DNA of 64,000 bases, taken from assembly GCA_965216755.1 (NCBI GenBank), contig CBDCGL010000011.1, positions 2,624,001-2,688,000 of the forward strand, read 5' to 3'. Shown here one piece after another: positions 1-10,860 of the stretch; position 1 is the stretch's first letter; each line of letters begins with the position of its first letter. The position numbers and the translations under genes were made by a program. The notes under the pieces were generated by a model. That model ran no database searches. It saw nothing but the letters and a program-made list of their open reading frames with translations, and was not told where the DNA came from. This DNA comes from Alphaproteobacteria bacterium. GTDB taxonomy: Bacteria; Pseudomonadota; Alphaproteobacteria; UBA7887.

Positions 1-789
1 TCCGGCTTGGTGGCGCCTTTGCTGCGCGGATTTGCCGCCGTCTTGGCGCAAACCGACGCCGACGCGCGCCGCCTCGGTGCCTTGGGCGCCACCAACCCGA
101 TTGTCACCGGGACATTGAAGTACGCCAGCGCGCCCTTACCGATTGACGCTGGCGAGGCGGAAAATCTGCGCGCGGCGATCGACCAGCGCGCCCATTGGTT
201 GGCGGCGAGCACGCATCCGGGTGAGCACGCGCAGATTGTCGCGGCACATCAACGGCTGGCCGAGAGCGATCCGGAATTGTTGACCTTGATCGCGCCACGG
301 CATCCGCAGCGCGGCACGGACATCGCGGCCCTGGCGCGATCCGCCGGCGTGACCTGCGCCCTGCGTTCGCGCGGCGAGGCGATCACACCAGATACCGCGC
401 TCTATATTGCGGATACCATCGGTGAGCTTGGCACCTTCTACGATGTCGCCAAGCTGGTTTTCATGGGCGGGTCGCTGATTGCCCATGGCGGACAGAATCT
501 AATCGAGCCGATGCAAGCCGGCTGTACCGTCATATGCGGACCGTCGATGACCAACTTCGCGGAAGTCATCGACGATTTGTCGGCCGCAAACGCTTTGTGC
601 CAGATCGACCGCACTGAGGACCTGGCCACGGTCGTGGGTAGGTTCCTGATGGCGCCGACCGAAGCTGCTTTGCTGGCCACGGCACAAGCCAAAGTGATTG
701 TCGAGAAGGCCGGCGTCCTGGACCAGGTTTGGCGCCGGATCATGCCGCTGATCGCCCGCCTCGAGAGGCACGCCGATGCAGCCACCTGA
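1..789 (+). CDS. waaA: 3-deoxy-D-manno-octulosonic acid (Kdo) transferase, 5'-truncated by window edge
   Basis: Motifs AASTHPGE, APRHPQR, DTIGEL, FMGGSL, GGQNLIEP; frame open from position 1; upstream of lpxK. Confidence 0.93.
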   Translation, partial: SGLVAPLLRGFAAVLAQTDADARRLGALGATNPIVTGTLKYASAPLPIDAGEAENLRAAIDQRAHWLAASTHPGEHAQIVAAHQRLAESDPELLTLIAPRHPQRGTDIAALARSAGVTCALRSRGEAITPDTALYIADTIGELGTFYDVAKLVFMGGSLIAHGGQNLIEPMQAGCTVICGPSMTNFAEVIDDLSAANALCQIDRTEDLATVVGRFLMAPTEAALLATAQAKVIVEKAGVLDQVWRRIMPLIARLERHADAAT

Positions 790-1747
790 CTTTTGGCAGA
801 CGGATGGACTGCCCGCACGACTGTTGGCACCGGCGGCGTGGCTTTACCTTCGCGCGACGCGCCTGCGCAACGAGCGCGCCGTTGCCCGCGCCGCGCCGGT
901 GCCCCTTGTCTGTGTCGGCAATCTGGTCGTCGGCGGCGCCGGGAAAACGCCGGTTGCGCTTTCCCTGGCCGATTTTCTCGGTCAGCAAGATCAGGTTCAT
1001 TTCCTAACCCGTGGTTACGGGGGCCGCGCGACCGGCCCGCTGCGGGTGGATCCTTATCTGCACACCGCGGTTGACGTTGGTGATGAAGCCCTGTTGCTGG
1101 CCGACGTCGCGCCAACATGGCTGGCGCGCGATCGGGTTGCCGGGGCGCGCGCGGCGGCGGATGACGGCGCGACCCTGATCATCATGGATGACGGCTTCCA
1201 GAATCCGTACATCCACAAGGATCTGTCGCTGTTGGTTGTCGACGGCGCCGTCGGTTTCGGCAATCGGCGTGTGATTCCGGCAGGACCGTTGCGCGAGACC
1301 ATTGGCGAAGGTCTGGCGCGCGCCGACACCGTGATCATCATGGGCCCGGACAACGCCGGTGTCGCCGGCCTGATACCTTCCCCGATACCGATACTGACCG
1401 CCGCATTGGTGCCCGCCGCGCCGGCGCCTTGGCCACAGGAAAGCCCGGTCATCGCCTTTGCCGGGATCGGCCGGCCGCAGAAGTTTTTTGATACGATCTA
1501 CGACATGGGATGTCGGGTAATCAGCACCCATGAATTCGCGGATCACCATCCCTATATGCCACGCGAACTGACGGAACTTAGCGACGAAGCCGCGCGCGAC
1601 CGGGCGGTCCTGGTCACCACGACCAAGGACTGGGTCAGGCTGCCGGCGCCCTTTCGCGGGTCGGTCTACACCTTGCCGGTAACCGTCGCCTGGCAGAATC
1701 CGGAGGCGCTCACCCAGCTTCTCACCAATGTTCCGCGGCCAACCTGA
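776..1747 (+). CDS. lpxK: Tetraacyldisaccharide 4'-kinase
   Basis: VGNLVVGGAGKTP P-loop, TRGYGG, GDEALLL, MDDGFQN, FADHH, TTKDWVRL. Confidence 0.96.
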   Translation: MQPPDFWQTDGLPARLLAPAAWLYLRATRLRNERAVARAAPVPLVCVGNLVVGGAGKTPVALSLADFLGQQDQVHFLTRGYGGRATGPLRVDPYLHTAVDVGDEALLLADVAPTWLARDRVAGARAAADDGATLIIMDDGFQNPYIHKDLSLLVVDGAVGFGNRRVIPAGPLRETIGEGLARADTVIIMGPDNAGVAGLIPSPIPILTAALVPAAPAPWPQESPVIAFAGIGRPQKFFDTIYDMGCRVISTHEFADHHPYMPRELTELSDEAARDRAVLVTTTKDWVRLPAPFRGSVYTLPVTVAWQNPEALTQLLTNVPRPT

Positions 1748-2681
1748 CCGCCGTCGCGTGAAGCGGCTGCGCTACGCCTTGGAGTATTGCGTTGTTCGCG
1801 CCTGCTACGCGCTGTTTGGGGCGTTGCCGCTGGATGCGGCGTCGGCGCTTGGCGGCTGGTTGGGGCGCCGGATTGGGCCGCGTCTGGCATTGACCGAACG
1901 CGCCCGCGAAAACTTGACCCACGCCTTCCCCGACCGGAGCGAGGCTGAAGTTGACGCCATTATCGAGGGCATGTGGGACAATCTTGGCCGAGTCCTGGCC
2001 GAATATCCGCATCTCGGCGAGATCAAGGCGTTCGGCCCCGGGTCGCGTATCACGGTCGACGGCTTGGCGCATTTCGATCTCGCCCGCGATGACGGCCGCG
2101 GCGGCATTGTCTTTTCGGCGCATGTTGCCAATTGGGAAACGGGCCCGATCGCCGCGGCCCAGCGTGGTCTGCCGTTGATGCTCGTCTATCGGGCGCCGAA
2201 CAATCCGTGGGTGGGCTCGCTCTTGGATCGCGCGCGCGCGGCGAGCCAGGGAGCGCGGGTGGCAAAAGGCCATCGCGGCATGCGCACCATGGTCGGCGAC
2301 CTAAAAAAAGGTGCGCACATCGCCATTCTGGTCGACCAAAAATACAATGAAGGGGTGCCGATCCCTTTCTTCGGTCGCCCAGCCATGACCTCAACAGCGG
2401 TCGCCGATCTGGCCTTGCGGCTGGATGTGCCGATGGTTCCGGCGCGGGTCGAACGCGTGAAAGGTGCCCACTTCCGAATCACCGTCTACCCGGCGATGAC
2501 GCCGCCAAATGATGCCGACCGCCGCAACGCGGCCATCGCCATGACCACCGCGATGAATCAATTGGTCGAAGAATGGGTGCGCGACCGGCCTGAGCAATGG
2601 CTGTGGATTCACCGTCGCTGGCCTAATGAGCCGGCGGCGGCGCCACCAAAGCGGGGTCAAGCCGCGCATCGAACCAGTTAA
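1728..2681 (+). CDS. lpxL: Lipid A late (lauroyl/myristoyl-type) acyltransferase
   Basis: SAHVANWE (HxxNWE), LVDQK, PFFGRPA, PEQWLWIHRRW; in lipid A operon. Confidence 0.88.
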   Translation: MFRGQPDRRRVKRLRYALEYCVVRACYALFGALPLDAASALGGWLGRRIGPRLALTERARENLTHAFPDRSEAEVDAIIEGMWDNLGRVLAEYPHLGEIKAFGPGSRITVDGLAHFDLARDDGRGGIVFSAHVANWETGPIAAAQRGLPLMLVYRAPNNPWVGSLLDRARAASQGARVAKGHRGMRTMVGDLKKGAHIAILVDQKYNEGVPIPFFGRPAMTSTAVADLALRLDVPMVPARVERVKGAHFRITVYPAMTPPNDADRRNAAIAMTTAMNQLVEEWVRDRPEQWLWIHRRWPNEPAAAPPKRGQAAHRTS

Positions 2682-3438
2682 CCCGCCAATCAAGATGGGC
2701 ACCCGTCGACCGACCACTGGACCCAACCGCGCCGATGGGTTGGCCTCGCGACACTTTGTCGCCAACCGCCACCGCCGCGCTTTGTAGGTGCAAATAGCTG
2801 CTGGTCAAACCATGGCCATGGTCAAGGATGATCGTCAGGCCGGCTAAATACCCATCGTCGACCAACGCCACGACGCCAGCGCCGGCGGCCATGACCGGCG
2901 TGCCCGCGGGCGCGGCAATATCGACGCCATAATGTGGCGATCGTGGCTCACCATTGAGCACCCGTTGACTGCCAAAAACGCCGGTGATCGGCCCATCCAA
3001 CGGCCAAGCGAATCCGTCGGCATAATAGGGCTCTGGCGAGTCGGTGCGTCGTGCCGCCCGAGCACGCGCCGCATCGGCGCGAATGCGTGCCAGGATCTCG
3101 TCGGTAAACGTCACCATGTTTTGCGGCAGGCGATTGATGTGTTGCACCTGATAGCGCCGCTGACGGACATCCAGATAGCGGCGGTCGATCGTGCCATCGG
3201 GCCGCCGTGCCTCGACCACGGCCTGTGGCCCTTGATCGCGGTGAAATCCGAATACGAATCCGCCGTCGGCGCTGACCCGCACCGGCCGGCCGTTGACCAC
3301 GACTTGCGCGCCGGGCATGGTTTGGCCATGCATCAGACCGCCCTGTATCGGATCGCCGGATAGTACCAAATCGTTGGCTGCCGCCGGTGGGACCAGCGAT
3401 GCCAACGAAACGGCGATGGCATACACGACCCGGATCAC
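2623..3438 (-). CDS. M23 family metallopeptidase with signal peptide
   Basis: HYGVD (HxxxD) and STGAHLDW motifs; hydrophobic N-terminus; start overlaps xseA stop. Confidence 0.9.
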   Translation of the reverse strand: MIRVVYAIAVSLASLVPPAAANDLVLSGDPIQGGLMHGQTMPGAQVVVNGRPVRVSADGGFVFGFHRDQGPQAVVEARRPDGTIDRRYLDVRQRRYQVQHINRLPQNMVTFTDEILARIRADAARARAARRTDSPEPYYADGFAWPLDGPITGVFGSQRVLNGEPRSPHYGVDIAAPAGTPVMAAGAGVVALVDDGYLAGLTIILDHGHGLTSSYLHLQSAAVAVGDKVSRGQPIGAVGSSGRSTGAHLDWRVNWFDARLDPALVAPPPAH

Positions 3439-4952
3439 AGCAATTCGCCTTGACGATTGTTGGTCGGGCCCTTTGTCGGACCCGCTTTTTTGGGCTTGTC
3501 TCGGGGGATCGGCTCTGTTGGCCGTGCCGCGCCATTGCCCACCACCGCCGGAACGACACCGTCTTGCAGAGAGATATCGACCATGGCGCCGGGTTCTGCT
3601 TGGCTGACATGCTGCACGACGACGCCGGCACGATCGCGGACAACGGCGTAACCGCGCGCCAATACGCGCCGATAGCTCAAGCTCTCCAACATCTGCGCGG
3701 CAGTACCGAAACGTCGCCCTGCCGCCGCCGCCACCTGTTCGAACCCGCGCGCGACGCGGCGATCGGCGACCAGCCGCTGTAGCCGGGCATCGGCGCGGTC
3801 CACCCGCCGTGCTGCGTGGGCGCCGAGATCCGCCGAAAGCCGCGTCAACCTTGCCGTATCGCGGGCCAACACCGCGTGCGGCGTGGTCAGTTGCAGCAAT
3901 AGATTGGTCAACGCCAGGTGGCCGCGTTGAAAACGGGCCGCCATCGCCCGGCCCAGCGTTTCGACGCGCTCATCGAGTCGTTGGGTGGCGTCCTCCAAAA
4001 CCCGTTCCGGCTTCGGCAAACTGCGCGCCAGTGCCTCCAGCGTCCGTTGCCGATCTTGCAGCGCGCGGACCATGGCGCCAATCCGACGGCGCTCAATATC
4101 GCTCAGCGCGACCAACAGTTCGGTGCGCACGGGCACCGCCATCTCTGCGGCCGCAGTCGGCGTCGGCGCGCGCTTGTCGGACGCAAAATCAATCAGTGTC
4201 GTATCGGTTTCATGGCCAACCGCGGATATCAACGGGATCGCGCTGTCAGCGGCGGCGCGCACCACAACTTCTTCGTTGAAAGCCCACAGGTCCTCGATAC
4301 TGCCGCCGCCACGGGCGACGATAAGCACATCCGGGCGGGGCACGGGGCTATCTGCCGCCAATGCGTTGAACCCCCGGATCGCGGCCGCGATTTGTTCTGC
4401 CGCACCTTCACCCTGGACCAAAACCGGCCACAACAAGACCGGGCGCGGAAAACGCGCCCGCAAGCGATGCAAAATGTCGCGAATGACGGCGCCCGTGGGC
4501 GACGTCACCACCCCGATCACGTCCGGCAAATAGGGGATCGGTTGCTTGCGCGCTTCGTCGAACAAGCCCTCGGCGGCTAGCTTTTTGCGCCGTTCCTCCA
4601 ACAACGCCAGCAGCGCACCGACACCCGCCGGCCGCATGGTCTCGATGACGATTTGATAGCGCGACCGCGCGGCATAGGTTGTGATGCGGCCTTCGCATAT
4701 CACCTCGAGACCGTTTTCGGGGCGAAATCTCAGGCCGCTTGCCGTGCCGCGCCACATGACGCCGTCGAGCACCGCCTTTTCGTCCTTTAGCGCCAAATAG
4801 ACATGCCCCGACGCGGCCCGCTTGAAGCCGGAGATCTCGCCGCGCACGCGGACATGGCCAAACGCATCCTCAATGGTGCGCTTGAGCGCGGCCGAAACCT
4901 CGCTAACCGAGAAAGTCGGCAGATTGCGGCTATCGGTATCCGTGTCTGTCAT
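3435..4952 (-). CDS. xseA: Exodeoxyribonuclease VII large subunit
   Basis: [50 protein letters not shown]. Confidence 0.97.
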   Translation of the reverse strand: MTDTDTDSRNLPTFSVSEVSAALKRTIEDAFGHVRVRGEISGFKRAASGHVYLALKDEKAVLDGVMWRGTASGLRFRPENGLEVICEGRITTYAARSRYQIVIETMRPAGVGALLALLEERRKKLAAEGLFDEARKQPIPYLPDVIGVVTSPTGAVIRDILHRLRARFPRPVLLWPVLVQGEGAAEQIAAAIRGFNALAADSPVPRPDVLIVARGGGSIEDLWAFNEEVVVRAAADSAIPLISAVGHETDTTLIDFASDKRAPTPTAAAEMAVPVRTELLVALSDIERRRIGAMVRALQDRQRTLEALARSLPKPERVLEDATQRLDERVETLGRAMAARFQRGHLALTNLLLQLTTPHAVLARDTARLTRLSADLGAHAARRVDRADARLQRLVADRRVARGFEQVAAAAGRRFGTAAQMLESLSYRRVLARGYAVVRDRAGVVVQHVSQAEPGAMVDISLQDGVVPAVVGNGAARPTEPIPRDKPKKAGPTKGPTNNRQGELL

Positions 4953-5076
4953 GGGCTGCGCATGCTAATGCATAAACCATGACTGTGGAATCATCGGACA
5001 ACGTTGACTCGGCCTGGGTCATCGGTTGCTATGGCGCCAATCAGAGTTGCGACGACGGGAGTCGATAGAACAGCGG

Positions 5077-6360
5077 ATGAATCTGTTGGTATTGGGATCG
5101 GGCGGCCGCGAGCACGCCTTATGTTGGGCGATCAGCGCGTCGCCCCTGTGTGACCGCCTCTATTGCGCACCCGGCAATGCCGGAATTGGTGAAATCGCAA
5201 CTTTGGTGGCTATCGACCCGGCCGACGCGGACAGCGTCATCGCTTTGTGCCGCGACCACGCCATCGACTTGGTCGTGGTCGGGCCCGAAGCGCCGCTGGT
5301 TGCTGGAATCGTAGACCAACTCGAGGCAGCCGGGATCGCCGCCTTCGGCCCAACCGCAGCGGCCGCGCGCCTGGAAGGGTCGAAGGCGTTTGCCAAGGAC
5401 CTTTGTCGACGCCACGGCATCCCGACCGCCGCGGCCCGCCAGTTTGTGGATCCGGAAGCGGCCAAGGCATATGTTCGAAGCTGCGCCGCGCCGCAGGTCG
5501 TGAAAGTCGATGGCCTGGCCGCTGGCAAGGGCGTCATCGTGCCGGACAGCGTTGCGGAGACCTTGGATGCGATCGATCAGCTGACCAAGGACTTCGGCGC
5601 GGCCGCCGGTACGTTGATTATCGAAGAACGCTTGATCGGCGAAGAGGCGAGCTTTTTGGCGTTGGTCGATGGTCGAACGGCCCTGCCACTCGCCAGCGCG
5701 CAAGATCACAAGGCGGTCGGCGAAGGGGATACGGGACCCAACACCGGTGGCATGGGTGCCTATTCCCCGGCGCCGATCTTGACGGCAGATCGCGAGCAGC
5801 AGGTGATGGACGAAATTGTTGAGCCCGTGGTTGCCGCCATGGCGGCCGCCGGCACGCCCTATAAGGGGGTGCTGTATGTCGGCTTGATGATCACCGCGAA
5901 CGGCCTGCGGGTGCTGGAGTTCAATGTTCGTTTCGGCGACCCGGAATGTCAGGTGCTGATGGCGCGCTTGATGTCCGACATTGTGCCGGCCCTGTTGGCC
6001 GCCCGCGACGGCGAACTCGCCTCGTTCACACTGCGCTGGCGGCCGCAAGCGGCGCTTTGTGTGGTGATGGCCGCGAACGGCTACCCGGGCAGCTATGAAA
6101 AGGGCAGCGCGATTTGCGGTTTGGACACGCTGTCCGATAACCCGAACGTGGTCGTGTTTCACGCCGGGACCCGCCGCGACGCCGATACGGTGCGCGCCCA
6201 TGGTGGCCGGGTGCTGGGAGTCACCGGTATGGGCGATAGCATCGACGACGCCCGGCGGCAGGCCTATGATGCGGTTGATCGGATCAATTGGCCGGGCGGT
6301 TTTTGCCGCCGCGACATTGGTTGGCGCGCGCGCAAGCAGGCGCCGGCTTTGGAGTCTTAG
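5077..6360 (+). CDS. purD: Phosphoribosylamine-glycine ligase
   Basis: LGSGGREHA, VGPEAPL, LEGSKAF, GLAAGKGV, GPNTGGMGAY, EFNVRFGDPE; ATG at 5077. Confidence 0.97.
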   Translation: MNLLVLGSGGREHALCWAISASPLCDRLYCAPGNAGIGEIATLVAIDPADADSVIALCRDHAIDLVVVGPEAPLVAGIVDQLEAAGIAAFGPTAAAARLEGSKAFAKDLCRRHGIPTAAARQFVDPEAAKAYVRSCAAPQVVKVDGLAAGKGVIVPDSVAETLDAIDQLTKDFGAAAGTLIIEERLIGEEASFLALVDGRTALPLASAQDHKAVGEGDTGPNTGGMGAYSPAPILTADREQQVMDEIVEPVVAAMAAAGTPYKGVLYVGLMITANGLRVLEFNVRFGDPECQVLMARLMSDIVPALLAARDGELASFTLRWRPQAALCVVMAANGYPGSYEKGSAICGLDTLSDNPNVVVFHAGTRRDADTVRAHGGRVLGVTGMGDSIDDARRQAYDAVDRINWPGGFCRRDIGWRARKQAPALES

Positions 6361-6362
6361 AC

Positions 6363-7661
6363 GTGAGCAGTGGCGTCGACACTGAAACGGAAGGTCGTGC
6401 CGAGCCGTCAGTTGCCTTGGTCGTGGATGCATGTTTGGAGCGTATCGCCCGCGCCGACGGAGACATTCGAGCCTGGCAGCATATCGCTGATGACGCCGCG
6501 CGCGCGGCAGCGCGTCAGATGGACCATGACGGTCATGCGGGTCCCCTGAAAGGCATGCCGATCGGCGTCAAGGACCTAATCGATACCGTCGACGCACCCA
6601 CCACCTATGGGTCGCCGATCTATGCCGACCATCGACCGATCCGGGATGCCGCTTGTGTCGCCGCATTACGCAAGGCCGGCGCGGTGATCATCGGCAAAAC
6701 GGTCACCACCGAGTTCGCCACGTTCAAGCCGCCGGTAACGGTCAACCCCCACAATCCGGCGCACACACCGGGCGGGTCGTCCAGCGGCTCCGCGGCGGCG
6801 GTGGCCGCCAATATGGTTCCCGTCGCATTGGGGACCCAAACTGCCGGGTCGGTGATTAGACCCGCCGCGTTTTGTGGCGTGGTCGGCTACAAACCAACGG
6901 TCGGTACCGTCCCTACCGAAGGCGTCAAGCCGCTGTCCGCCTATCTGGACACGGTCGGCACGCTCGCCCGCCACGTCCGCGATGCTGCATTGGTCGCTGC
7001 CGCCATGGCCGGCCCCAACGCCAAGCTGACCTTGGCCGATGCCGACGCCCTTGGCCAGCCAACGGCCGAGCAGACACCACCGAAACTGGGCTTCTGCCAA
7101 ACACCTTTTTGGGATCGCGCCACGCCCGCGACCCAGCAGGCCCTGACAGAGCTTTGCGCGCGTTTGCGGGCCGCCGGTGTCAAAATTGAGGCGGTTACAT
7201 TGCCGGATAGGTTCGCCGATCTGAATGACGCTCAGAATGTCATCATGTGGGGACAAAGCGCGGTGTCCTTGCGCAACGAGCGCTACAGCCGCCCGGAATT
7301 GCTGAGCGACGGCCTGCGCGCGCATTTGACGGCCGGCGCCGACCATGGCCCCGAACAGATCGCTGAACGCTGCGCGTTTGTCGATCAGCAACGCGACAAA
7401 CTCGACACCATACTCGGCCCCCATGACGCCTTGATCGTGCCCGCGGCGATCGGTGAAGCCCCGACCAGTGAAACCACCGGCGATCCCCTCTTCAACCGCA
7501 TGTGGACGGCTCTTGGCACGCCGTGTATCACCGTCCCGATCGCGCGCGGCCCGAATGGGCTGCCGCTCGGCGTCCAATTTGTCGGTCGGCTAGGCGACGA
7601 TGGCCGGCTGCTGGCCGCGGCCCAATGGGTCGAAAGCGTTCTGTCGCAATCCACGTACTAA
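6363..7661 (+). CDS. Amidase signature family protein
   Basis: GVKD, PGGSSSGSAAAV, GTQTAGSVIRPAAFCG; start taken at GTG just after the purD stop. Confidence 0.9.
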   Translation: MSSGVDTETEGRAEPSVALVVDACLERIARADGDIRAWQHIADDAARAAARQMDHDGHAGPLKGMPIGVKDLIDTVDAPTTYGSPIYADHRPIRDAACVAALRKAGAVIIGKTVTTEFATFKPPVTVNPHNPAHTPGGSSSGSAAAVAANMVPVALGTQTAGSVIRPAAFCGVVGYKPTVGTVPTEGVKPLSAYLDTVGTLARHVRDAALVAAAMAGPNAKLTLADADALGQPTAEQTPPKLGFCQTPFWDRATPATQQALTELCARLRAAGVKIEAVTLPDRFADLNDAQNVIMWGQSAVSLRNERYSRPELLSDGLRAHLTAGADHGPEQIAERCAFVDQQRDKLDTILGPHDALIVPAAIGEAPTSETTGDPLFNRMWTALGTPCITVPIARGPNGLPLGVQFVGRLGDDGRLLAAAQWVESVLSQSTY

Positions 7662-7667
7662 AACGGC

Positions 7668-8249
7668 ATGCGTGACGGCGACTACGTGTTTGGGTTTGGG
7701 TCTTTGGTGCGCTTGACCGATCTTGCGACGTTTTTAGGGCGCGCACCCTTCGCCGACGACGAATTCGCCCACTGTCATTTGCGCGAGCATCGACGCAGCT
7801 GGAATATCGCCCGCGACAATCTGATGGACCTTCCAAAGCGGCCGCATTTTGTCTGTCCAGACAGCGGTGAACGCCTGGCCGTGTTCGTGACCGTGCTGAA
7901 TATCCGTGCGCAGGCGGGCGCCGCCGTCAATGGCATTGCCTTTCGTGTTTCCGAGTCCGAATTGGCCAAATTGGATCATCGCGAAGCGAGCTACGACCGG
8001 ATCGAGATGACCGGCGCGACCGACGTGGCCTTGCCCGGACGGTTGTGGGCCTATCGCGGCAAGGCGGCCGCCGAACGGCGCTACAAAATTGGCGTGGCTG
8101 CGGGCACGGCGGTCGTCAATCAGGCCTATCACGAATCCGTGGTGACCGGCTTTGCTGATCATGGGACCGATTTTGTCGATCGCTATCATGCCACCACTGA
8201 CGCGCCGGCGGTCCCATTGCGGCCACTTAGACGGGTCGAGCCGATCTAG
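7668..8249 (+). CDS. Gamma-glutamylcyclotransferase (AIG2/ChaC-like) family protein
   Basis: YVFGFGSL N-terminal motif, VNG, LDHREASY. Confidence 0.75.
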   Translation: MRDGDYVFGFGSLVRLTDLATFLGRAPFADDEFAHCHLREHRRSWNIARDNLMDLPKRPHFVCPDSGERLAVFVTVLNIRAQAGAAVNGIAFRVSESELAKLDHREASYDRIEMTGATDVALPGRLWAYRGKAAAERRYKIGVAAGTAVVNQAYHESVVTGFADHGTDFVDRYHATTDAPAVPLRPLRRVEPI

Positions 8250-8697
8250 ACCGCTTGGCGGCAAAGAACTTTTGCAGCAACGCGCTGGCACGACGCGCGT
8301 CGATACCGCCATAGACCTCTGGCCGATGATGGCAGGTCGGTTGCGCAAACATGCGCGCGCCGTGCTCGACGCCGCCGCCTTTCGGGTCCGCGGCGCCGAA
8401 ATAAAGCCGGCGGACACGCGCAAAAGCGATCGCCTGCGCACACATAGCGCACGGCTCCAGGGTAACATAGAGATCGCAGTCGGCCAGCCGCGGCGTGCCG
8501 AGCCGTGCGGCGGCCGTGCGCAGCACCAACATTTCGGCGTGCGCGGTCGGGTCACGGTCCGTCTCGATGCGATTGCCGCGTGCGGCGACCACCCGGCCCC
8601 GGCGGTCGACCAACACCGCCCCGACCGGAACCTCGCCCTGCGCCATGGCGCGGGTCGCCTGCTCAAGGGCAAGTTCCATGAAACCAGGCGTGTTCAT
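8227..8697 (-). CDS. tadA: tRNA adenosine(34) deaminase / nucleoside deaminase
   Basis: GEVPVGAV, DPTAHAE, TLEPCAMC. Confidence 0.92.
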   Translation of the reverse strand: MNTPGFMELALEQATRAMAQGEVPVGAVLVDRRGRVVAARGNRIETDRDPTAHAEMLVLRTAAARLGTPRLADCDLYVTLEPCAMCAQAIAFARVRRLYFGAADPKGGGVEHGARMFAQPTCHHRPEVYGGIDARRASALLQKFFAAKRSRSARPV

Positions 8698-8783
8698 TCG
8701 GTCAACGTCACCGAGCCGGGCGGCCGGGTCAACCCCGCTGGCGATCGTTGCGCGGCCGTCGTGTCGACCCTATGTTCCCTGTC

Positions 8784-9509
8784 ATGACCGCAACCCGCAC
8801 AGCACCGGTGATCGGCGTCACACTGGACCACGAAATGCCCGGCAGCTATTCGAAGTTTCCGTGGTATGCCCTGCGTGAGAACTATGCCACATCGCTGGCC
8901 AAAGCCGGCGCCGTGCCGATCGCCCTGCCCCATGGTTGCGACGATGTGTCCGCTTATTTGGACCTGATTGACGGGTTGGTCATTACCGGTGGCGCCTTCG
9001 ACGTCGACCCGGCCTTGTTCGGCGAGTCAAACCGCCACGATTCGGTGACCTTGAAAGCCGGCCGCACGGACTTCGAACTCGCGGTGACCCGCGGCGCGCT
9101 CGACCGCGATATGCCGGTATTGGGCATTTGCGGCGGCCAACAGCTGCTTAACGTCGCCCTGGGCGGCACCTTGATACAGCACATTCCCGATGCCATCCCC
9201 GGCGCCCTTGCCCACGAGCAACCCAACCCACGCGATCAGGCCGGCCACGGCGTGCGGATCACGGCCGGCACGCGACTGCGTGACATCGTCGGCTGCGATT
9301 CGCTGGATGTGAACAGCGCCCATCACCAAGCGGTGCGCGAACCGGCCCCGGGCCTGATCGTCGACGCGGTCGCCCCCGACGGTGTCATCGAAGGAATCGA
9401 AGCCCCGGACCGACGTTTTTGCCTGGGCGTTCAATGGCATCCGGAGTTTTCGATCTCACCCGGCGACGACGCCATATTGCGCGCGTTCGTCACCGCGTGT
9501 GCGGGATGA
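8784..9509 (+). CDS. Peptidase C26 / gamma-glutamyl-GABA hydrolase family (class I glutamine amidotransferase)
   Basis: LGICGGQQ nucleophile, NSAHHQA, GVQWHPE. Confidence 0.9.
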   Translation: MTATRTAPVIGVTLDHEMPGSYSKFPWYALRENYATSLAKAGAVPIALPHGCDDVSAYLDLIDGLVITGGAFDVDPALFGESNRHDSVTLKAGRTDFELAVTRGALDRDMPVLGICGGQQLLNVALGGTLIQHIPDAIPGALAHEQPNPRDQAGHGVRITAGTRLRDIVGCDSLDVNSAHHQAVREPAPGLIVDAVAPDGVIEGIEAPDRRFCLGVQWHPEFSISPGDDAILRAFVTACAG

Positions 9510-10288
9510 CCCCGCCGTCAAAGCCGCCCCAGGGTGAACGTATTGCCAAGCGCCTGGCGCGCGCCGGCGTTTGCTCACGGCGCGACGCCGAGCGGATGAT
9601 TGCCGCGGGCCGTGTTCGGGTCGACGGCACCGTTTTGACCAGCCCAGCCGTCAATGTTGGCCCCGACGCCAAGGTTGACGTTGACGGCAAGCGGATCGCC
9701 ACGCCAGAGCCGCCGCGGCTGTGGCGCTTTCACAAGCCAACTGGCCTCGCCACCACCCACCGCGACCCCGAAGGCCGCCCGACCGTGTTTGCCGCGCTGC
9801 CAAACGACATGCCGCGGGTTATATCGATTGGCCGGCTCGATATTGCCTCAGAGGGCTTATTGCTGTTGACCAATGACGGCGAGCTGGCGCGGCGGCTGGA
9901 ACTGCCACGTACGGGTTGGACTCGGCGTTATCGCGTACGCGTATTCGGAATGCCCAACCCCGCCGCCCTGGCATCGCTGGCCAAAGGCTTGCGCATCGAA
10001 GACTTCCGCTATGGACCCGTCAAAGCCGTGATCGAGCGGCAAACCGGCCGCAACGCCTGGCTGAGCGTGTCCCTGCAAGAGGGCAAGAATCGTGAAGTGC
10101 GCAAGGTCCTTGAACATCTCGGATTGCAGGTCAATCGCCTGATCCGGGTCGGGTTCGGACCATTCCAATTGGGCCAATTGAAGGCCGGCGCGGTCGCCGA
10201 GGTGCCGCGGCGGGTGCTACGGGAACAGTTGGGCGCCGCGTGGCACGCGTTGTCGGTCGGTGGAACGGCCAAAAGGTCGCGTCGATGA
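9506..10288 (+). CDS. rluB: rRNA pseudouridine synthase (RluB/RsuA family) with S4 domain
   Basis: RIAKRLARAGVCSRR S4 domain, GRLD catalytic motif, EGKNREVR. Confidence 0.85.
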   Translation: MTPPSKPPQGERIAKRLARAGVCSRRDAERMIAAGRVRVDGTVLTSPAVNVGPDAKVDVDGKRIATPEPPRLWRFHKPTGLATTHRDPEGRPTVFAALPNDMPRVISIGRLDIASEGLLLLTNDGELARRLELPRTGWTRRYRVRVFGMPNPAALASLAKGLRIEDFRYGPVKAVIERQTGRNAWLSVSLQEGKNREVRKVLEHLGLQVNRLIRVGFGPFQLGQLKAGAVAEVPRRVLREQLGAAWHALSVGGTAKRSRR

Positions 10289-10851
10289 GAATTGTCGGCG
10301 GCCGATGGCGCGGCCGGCAATTGCAGGTGCCGGCCGGGCGCGAGATACGGCCGACCTCAGAGCGCGCCCGCGAGGCCGTGTTCGATCGACTGGAAAACAA
10401 TCCGATCTTTGCCGACCATCGCCCCCAAGACGCCATGGTCATCGACGCCTTCGCGGGCACCGGCGCGCTCGGTCTTGAGGCGCTGTCGCGCGGGGCGCGT
10501 CAAGTCTGGTTTTTCGAAACCGATGCGCGCGCCCTAGAAGCGTTGAACGCCAACATTGAAGCACTCGCCGCCGAGGATCAGGCCATCGCGTTGCGCCGCG
10601 ATGCCTGTCGGCCCGGCGCGGCACCGACGGCGTGCGGTTTGGCCTTTCTTGACCCGCCATATGGCACCGACCTGGCGGCACCCGCTTTGGCGGCGCTTCG
10701 TGACGGCGGCTGGTTAACGCCAGGCGCCGTGGCGATTGTCGAATCGGGGCACCATATGGAACTGCCCGCACCCGATGGCTTCGAGACCATCGACACGCGT
10801 CGTTACGGTGCCGCCCAGCTCACATTTCTGCGTGTGGAGCCGAAAAGCTAG
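10285..10851 (+). CDS. rsmD: 16S rRNA m2G966 methyltransferase
   Basis: MRIVGG, RPTSERAREA, DAFAGTGALGLEALSRG, DPPY. Confidence 0.95.
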   Translation: MRIVGGRWRGRQLQVPAGREIRPTSERAREAVFDRLENNPIFADHRPQDAMVIDAFAGTGALGLEALSRGARQVWFFETDARALEALNANIEALAAEDQAIALRRDACRPGAAPTACGLAFLDPPYGTDLAAPALAALRDGGWLTPGAVAIVESGHHMELPAPDGFETIDTRRYGAAQLTFLRVEPKS

Positions 10852-10860
10852 AGCAGCGTG

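Noticed and set aside
2623-2681. Convergent 3' overlaps (lpxL/M23; also 8227-8249 and 60637-60653)
   Set aside because: Short tail overlaps are common in compact GC-rich genomes
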